In this document: in pieces, positions 18,422 to 22,634 of the stretch | Layout: every line of letters begins with the position of its first letter | Position numbering within the stretch: position 1 is the first letter of the stretch | Origin: Nitrospinaceae bacterium | GTDB taxonomy: Bacteria > Nitrospinota > Nitrospinia > Nitrospinales > VA-1 | NCBI GenBank assembly: GCA_046754465.1 | Contig: JBHHVU010000051.1 | Span: 1 to 22,634, forward strand | Length of the DNA stretch: 22,634 nucleotides | Direction: 5' to 3' | The notes under the pieces: generated by a model | What the model was told of the DNA's origin: nothing | Database searches by the model: none | The model's input: the letters and a program-made list of their open reading frames with translations, nothing else | Made by a program: the position numbers and the translations under genes

Positions 18422-19687
18422 ATGGAAAAAATCAATCACCTGAGGCAAAGAACCGAATCCATGAACCGTTCTCCAATAAGTCTGGCGATCAAGATCATCC
18501 TGGGCACGTTATTTCTTTTCTGGTTGCTTTTGGCGGCGAAAAAAGGGGGTGCGGAAGAATATGCCGTACCCCATTCCGGGTCTCCCTACGAAGACCTGGA
18601 TAAACTCGATGAAAACCAGATTCTTCACATCCCCACCGGAGTCCTGGTTACCAAAGACCAGATGCTGGATATCCTGGCAGGGTCCCGGGTGATCTACATC
18701 GGGGAGACCCATGACAACCTGGAAGCCCACCGCGTTCAACTTGAAATCATCCGCCGTTTGGCCCGGAAATATCCCGGAAAACTCGCCGTGGGCATGGAAA
18801 TGTTCCGCCGTTCGTCCCAAAAAGATCTGGACCGCTGGAAACGGGGGGAATTGCCGGATACAGCATTTAAAAAACTCTTTCACAATAATTGGGGTCCCGG
18901 ATTCAAACTGTACCGGCCGATTTTCAAGTTTTTGGAAGCAAACTCCATTCCCCTGATCGGCCTCAAAGTTTCCAAACAGTTGGAAGCCCGGTTCCGCCGG
19001 GAAGACGGCCATGGCGCGTCCGGAGTTTTCCCGGAACTGGATGAGAACGACCCCTACCATAAAGCCTATTCCATGGCCGTTTTCGGCGGACACAAAAAAT
19101 CATCCGGTCATTTCCTGAAACCTTACCGGATGCTTCTCCTTTGGGAGGAGTCCATGGCCCAAACCGTCACCGAGTTCCTGGACAACAAGGACTATCCGGA
19201 CTGGAAACTGGTGGTTCTCGCGGGGGGATTCCACGTGCAATACGGATTTGGAATTCCCAAAAGGGCCTTTCGCCGGAAGCCGCATGCTTATTCCATTGTC
19301 CTGCCCACCGTCACCGAGCTGCCGGAAGACCTGAAGGACCGGGAAATGAACGTCGAACACGTTTTCGTTCCCCTTTACCTGGCGGACTTCGCATGGAAAC
19401 TTCAGTATAAGGTCCTACCGAAAAACCGGATCCTTCTGGGGGTGCGGCTGGAGGACGAGGAGGAAGGTGTGAGCGTGACCCAGGTGGGGGAAAAATCCAA
19501 TGCCGAAAAAGCCGGGATCCAAGTGGGCGATGTGTTGCTCGCCATGAACGGCAAGCAAATCGCCGGCGTGGAGGACCTGGTGGACCGGCTCCAGCAGTAC
19601 AATTTTGGCGATCGCACGACTTTTCATCTCCGCCGCGGCGCAGAGGAACTGGATGTAGAAGTGCTTTTGGGAAAAATGGGTCCTTGA
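18422..19687 (+). CDS. Exported ChaN/EreA/TIKI-superfamily protein with C-terminal PDZ domain
   Basis: N-terminal hydrophobic signal/TM, VIYIGETHD, GMEMF, LLWEESMA, LAGGFHV. PDZ (LGVRL...SNAEKAGIQVGDVLLAMNG). Start uncertain (18410/18422/18461). Confidence 0.85.
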   Translation: MEKINHLRQRTESMNRSPISLAIKIILGTLFLFWLLLAAKKGGAEEYAVPHSGSPYEDLDKLDENQILHIPTGVLVTKDQMLDILAGSRVIYIGETHDNLEAHRVQLEIIRRLARKYPGKLAVGMEMFRRSSQKDLDRWKRGELPDTAFKKLFHNNWGPGFKLYRPIFKFLEANSIPLIGLKVSKQLEARFRREDGHGASGVFPELDENDPYHKAYSMAVFGGHKKSSGHFLKPYRMLLLWEESMAQTVTEFLDNKDYPDWKLVVLAGGFHVQYGFGIPKRAFRRKPHAYSIVLPTVTELPEDLKDREMNVEHVFVPLYLADFAWKLQYKVLPKNRILLGVRLEDEEEGVSVTQVGEKSNAEKAGIQVGDVLLAMNGKQIAGVEDLVDRLQQYNFGDRTTFHLRRGAEELDVEVLLGKMGP

Positions 19688-19710
19688 CCCCGCCGCCCCG
19701 GGAGTATGTT

Positions 19711-20475
19711 CTACGCCGTGGTTTTGAGGGACTCGATCAGGGGCTGCATGTCGTGATCGCCGGTGAGTTTGAGGAAAATCTCCTCCAGATCGCCTTGTTC
19801 CTTCCGGGCCTGTCGCCGTAATTCCTCGACCGTGCCCACCGCCACCAATCGTCCCTTTTGGATGATCCCTACCCGATGACACATAGCCTCGGCAATTCCT
19901 AGGGAGTGGGTTGACATGAACAGGGTGACCCCCCCGCGGCACAAATCCTGAAACAGTTGCTTGACCTGTCTCGCCCCTTTCGGGTCCAGTCCCACCAGAG
20001 GTTCATCGACCACAACGACTTTCGGATTGTGGATCAGGGCGCCGGAAATGATCAGTTTTTGTTTCATGCCATGGGAAAACCCATCGATCAACTCGTGGGC
20101 GTAATCCTTGAGGTCGAAAAATTCCAGGAATTTCATTGCCCGGGAGCGGGCGGTGGGTTTATCCATCCCGAACAGATCGGCGATGAACTCCAGGTATTCC
20201 ATCCCGGTCAATTTTTCATAGATATAAGGGCGATCGGGGATATAGCCGATCATGGATTTGGCGCGAACGGGGTCTTGGTGAATATCGACGCCGCCAATGC
20301 ATATGGAGCCATCTGTGGGTTTCAGAAGACCCATGAGTAATTTGATGGTGGTAGTTTTCCCTGCGCCGTTGGGACCTAAAAAGCCGAACAACTCTCCGGT
20401 TGGTATCTCCAGGTTCAGTTGATCCACGGCGACCACGGCCTGGTAATTTTTTATCAGATTCTTGATTTTGATCAT
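19711..20475 (-). CDS. ABC transporter ATP-binding protein (ABC-2/DrrA type)
   Basis: GPNGAGKTT, FSHGMKQK signature, VVVDEP, STH switch. Confidence 0.95.
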   Translation of the reverse strand: MIKIKNLIKNYQAVVAVDQLNLEIPTGELFGFLGPNGAGKTTTIKLLMGLLKPTDGSICIGGVDIHQDPVRAKSMIGYIPDRPYIYEKLTGMEYLEFIADLFGMDKPTARSRAMKFLEFFDLKDYAHELIDGFSHGMKQKLIISGALIHNPKVVVVDEPLVGLDPKGARQVKQLFQDLCRGGVTLFMSTHSLGIAEAMCHRVGIIQKGRLVAVGTVEELRRQARKEQGDLEEIFLKLTGDHDMQPLIESLKTTA

Positions 20476-20495
20476 TGACCTTGTCCCGGCAAAGG

Positions 20496-20768
20496 TTATC
20501 GGATATCAAACGTTTCCATTCCCTGGGGATCGACGGAGCGGGTATCGAGGCGGGTCACTTTTGCGGCGGGGGGACCCTCCCGGCACCATTGGATGAATTG
20601 GTCCAGCTTTTCAGGATCGCCCTCGGCATGGAGTTCCACTGCGCCGTCGGGCCGGTTGCGGACCCAGCCGGTAAGGTGCAGCCCGGAAGCACGTTCCTGC
20701 GCGCTGGCGCGGAACCAGACTCCCTGAACCCTTCCACGCAAAACGATATGGACCGCCGCGGTATTCAT
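20496..20768 (-). CDS. acyP: Acylphosphatase
   Basis: GRVQGVWFR, GWVRNRPDGAVE, GPPAAKV. Start set at ATG 20768. Confidence 0.95.
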   Translation of the reverse strand: MNTAAVHIVLRGRVQGVWFRASAQERASGLHLTGWVRNRPDGAVELHAEGDPEKLDQFIQWCREGPPAAKVTRLDTRSVDPQGMETFDIR

Positions 20769-20778
20769 GCTCGGGGGA

Positions 20779-21012
20779 TTATTCCTTACGGTGTGATTCC
20801 TCGAAGAGATGCTGAACCTCCCGGTAGACCGCGAACTTGGAACCGTCACTGATTTTCGCGCCGAATTTGCCAAGATCCCGCATGATGCGCTGAAATTCCG
20901 AGGTGGCGCCGCGGAAATTTTCTATGAGGGGACGAAAATAGTTCTGCTCCTCCGGGTCCAGCCGGTCACATATTTCGCGCAATCGGACTTTCAGGGGTTC
21001 AAAATCCTTCAT
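20779..21012 (-). CDS. Small hypothetical helical protein (77 aa)
   Basis: Protein-like composition, co-oriented and 10 nt upstream of acyP. No family recognised. Confidence 0.7.
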   Translation of the reverse strand: MKDFEPLKVRLREICDRLDPEEQNYFRPLIENFRGATSEFQRIMRDLGKFGAKISDGSKFAVYREVQHLFEESHRKE

Positions 21013-21148
21013 AGGAAACTATCTTAGCCTCTCCCCGGAATCAATTCAAGACATCCTTCACGGCCCCTCCCCAAACCCATTTCAGAACCTATTTTCCCGG
21101 AACCACGATGGGGTGAAAAACGTTTTTTTTCGACGTCTAAAATAAACA

Positions 21149-21177
21149 TTTACCACTGGGGTGAATTAGATTATAAT
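21149..21177 (+). promoter_or_regulatory. sigma70 promoter for the sensor kinase
   Basis: TTTACC-N17-TATAAT in an AT-rich intergenic region. Confidence 0.6.
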
Positions 21178-21183
21178 GTTTAA

Positions 21184-21196
21184 AATCAATACTTTA
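21184..21196 (+). promoter_or_regulatory. IHF consensus site
   Basis: AATCAATACTTTA matches WATCAANNNNTTR exactly, with an AT-rich 5' flank. Confidence 0.5.
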
Positions 21197-21366
21197 ATTA
21201 ATGTATTTCGGGATGGCGAAAAAGTGTGTTCCGGTTTTTTTTGGGGACGATCCCGGTCATGGGCCAGGGGGTAATTCCTGAACAGGGAACGTTTACTGAA
21301 ATGAACATAACTATCGGTAAATCAAATTATTCCTTCACTTATATTGGCATGCCCAAACCATAAACA

Positions 21367-22634
21367 ATGATCCCTTTGAAATCTCTTTTTTCCCGTCTTC
21401 CCATCCGGATGAAATTCACCCTCAGTTCGGTGTTGATCCTGATTCTGGTATCCAGTGTCCTGGTGTCTTATTTCTCCTCCAGGCAAAAACAACAGGTTCT
21501 GAACCTCATGGAAAACAAGGTCCACACCATGGCCGACATGCTTGGAATGGCGGTTGGGACCGCCTTGCACGAACAAAAGCTTGTGGGGATCTTCGAGGCT
21601 TTGCGGTGGGCTCGGCGGGATCATAATCTCTTGTACATCGTGGTCCTGGACCCATCTTCCGGGGAAATTATCGCGGATTATAATCCCCATAACCTGAATT
21701 TGGATACTCGGAAGCTGTCTGAACAAGAAGGGCTGCTACGTGTGGGAACTTCTTTGCAGGTCTCTGTTCCCTCCCGGTATCAAGATGAGAATATGGCCAT
21801 CCTCCTTTTGGGGTATTCGCTTAAGGAATTGTACGCGAACATTTCCCAAAACAATTTAAAGGCTTTGATGATTTCCCTCGCCATCCTCCTTTTTGGAGCA
21901 TTAATCACCTGGCTTATCAGTAAAAAAATGACTCAAAGTCTCCATCGGCTTGTGAATTCGGCCAACGCCTATACCCGTGGAAATCGGGATATTGAAATCA
22001 AGATCGATTCATCGGATGAAATTGGCGACCTGGGCATGGCTTTTAATCTGCTGATGCAAAAGGTAAGCGCGACCATCCAGAACTTAACGGCAAGCAAGGA
22101 GGAACTGGAAGCCGAGGTGACGGAACGTAAAAAAATGGAAATTTCGCTGTGGGAAAGCCGGGAGCGGATTCGGGCCATCATGAACCACGTGGTGGACGGT
22201 ATCATCACGATCGACGAGAGGGGAAACATCGAGTCTTATAACCTGGGTGCGGAAAAAATTTTTGGTCACCGCGTTTCCGAAATGCTGGGGAAAAACATCA
22301 TGAGACTGATGCCCCTCTCGTATCGCGGGAACCATGAACAATCATTCCAAAAATATCTACAGACCGGTGAAGCCAAAATTATCGGTCAGGATATTCAAGT
22401 GGAGGGTCTCCGAAAAGACGGGTCGGTATTTCCCCTGGACCTGGCGATCAGTGAATTGGTTTTGGATAAACGCCGTTTGTTCATTGGCATTCTGCGCGAC
22501 ATCACCCGGCGCAAGGAAGAGGAAGGGGAATTGATCCAGGCAAAGGAAGAAGCCGAGCAGGCGAGCAGGGCCAAGTCGAAATTTCTGTCCCGCATGAGCC
22601 ACGAACTGCGCACCCCCATGAACGCCATTCTGGG
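21367..22634 (+). CDS. Membrane sensor histidine kinase (TM-periplasmic-TM-HAMP-PAS-HisKA), truncated by the window end
   Basis: Own translation, open to the window end: MIPLKSLFSRLPIRMKF..., HAMP (DEIGDLGMAFN), PAS (VDGIITIDERG...LMPLSYRGNH...GLRKDGSVFP), H-box AKSKFLSRMSHELRTPMNAILG. Absent from the ORF track because there is no stop in the window. Confidence 0.93.
   Translation, partial: MIPLKSLFSRLPIRMKFTLSSVLILILVSSVLVSYFSSRQKQQVLNLMENKVHTMADMLGMAVGTALHEQKLVGIFEALRWARRDHNLLYIVVLDPSSGEIIADYNPHNLNLDTRKLSEQEGLLRVGTSLQVSVPSRYQDENMAILLLGYSLKELYANISQNNLKALMISLAILLFGALITWLISKKMTQSLHRLVNSANAYTRGNRDIEIKIDSSDEIGDLGMAFNLLMQKVSATIQNLTASKEELEAEVTERKKMEISLWESRERIRAIMNHVVDGIITIDERGNIESYNLGAEKIFGHRVSEMLGKNIMRLMPLSYRGNHEQSFQKYLQTGEAKIIGQDIQVEGLRKDGSVFPLDLAISELVLDKRRLFIGILRDITRRKEEEGELIQAKEEAEQASRAKSKFLSRMSHELRTPMNAIL

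Noticed and set aside
21214..21230. Possible sigma54 promoter TGGCGAAAAAGTGTG before the kinase
   Set aside because: No GC at the -12 position (GG-N10-TG).

Overview
Bacterial chromosomal window, mostly housekeeping. Gene content is reminiscent of Nitrospinota/deltaproteobacteria-like genomes, but that cannot be verified here. Left to right: (i) a ~3.1 kb AT-richer regulatory module with a PAS/sigma54 enhancer-binding protein, a divergent -24/-12 promoter, a collapsed quinone-oxidoreductase pseudogene, a DsrE-like gene and a PNPOx-like FMN-binding gene; (ii) a minus-strand tRNA-Leu(UAG)-tig-clpP-clpX-lon cluster followed by a CheY-like gene; (iii) a minus-strand AsmA/YhdP gene, an enlarged phosphohexomutase and a stand-alone GlmU-type acetyltransferase; (iv) rlmB, rpsU, a ChaN-PDZ protein, an orphan ABC ATPase, acylphosphatase and a small protein; (v) a truncated HAMP-PAS(FixL-like)-HisKA kinase missed by the ORF track. 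The most unusual signal is an unannotated intergenic repeat family: a ~47-nt conserved core with co-varying GC hairpins and a ~95-97-nt tandem period. It occurs at 1-150, 3150-3212 (inverted) and 12841-13034, and two inverted copies bracket the sigma54 module.
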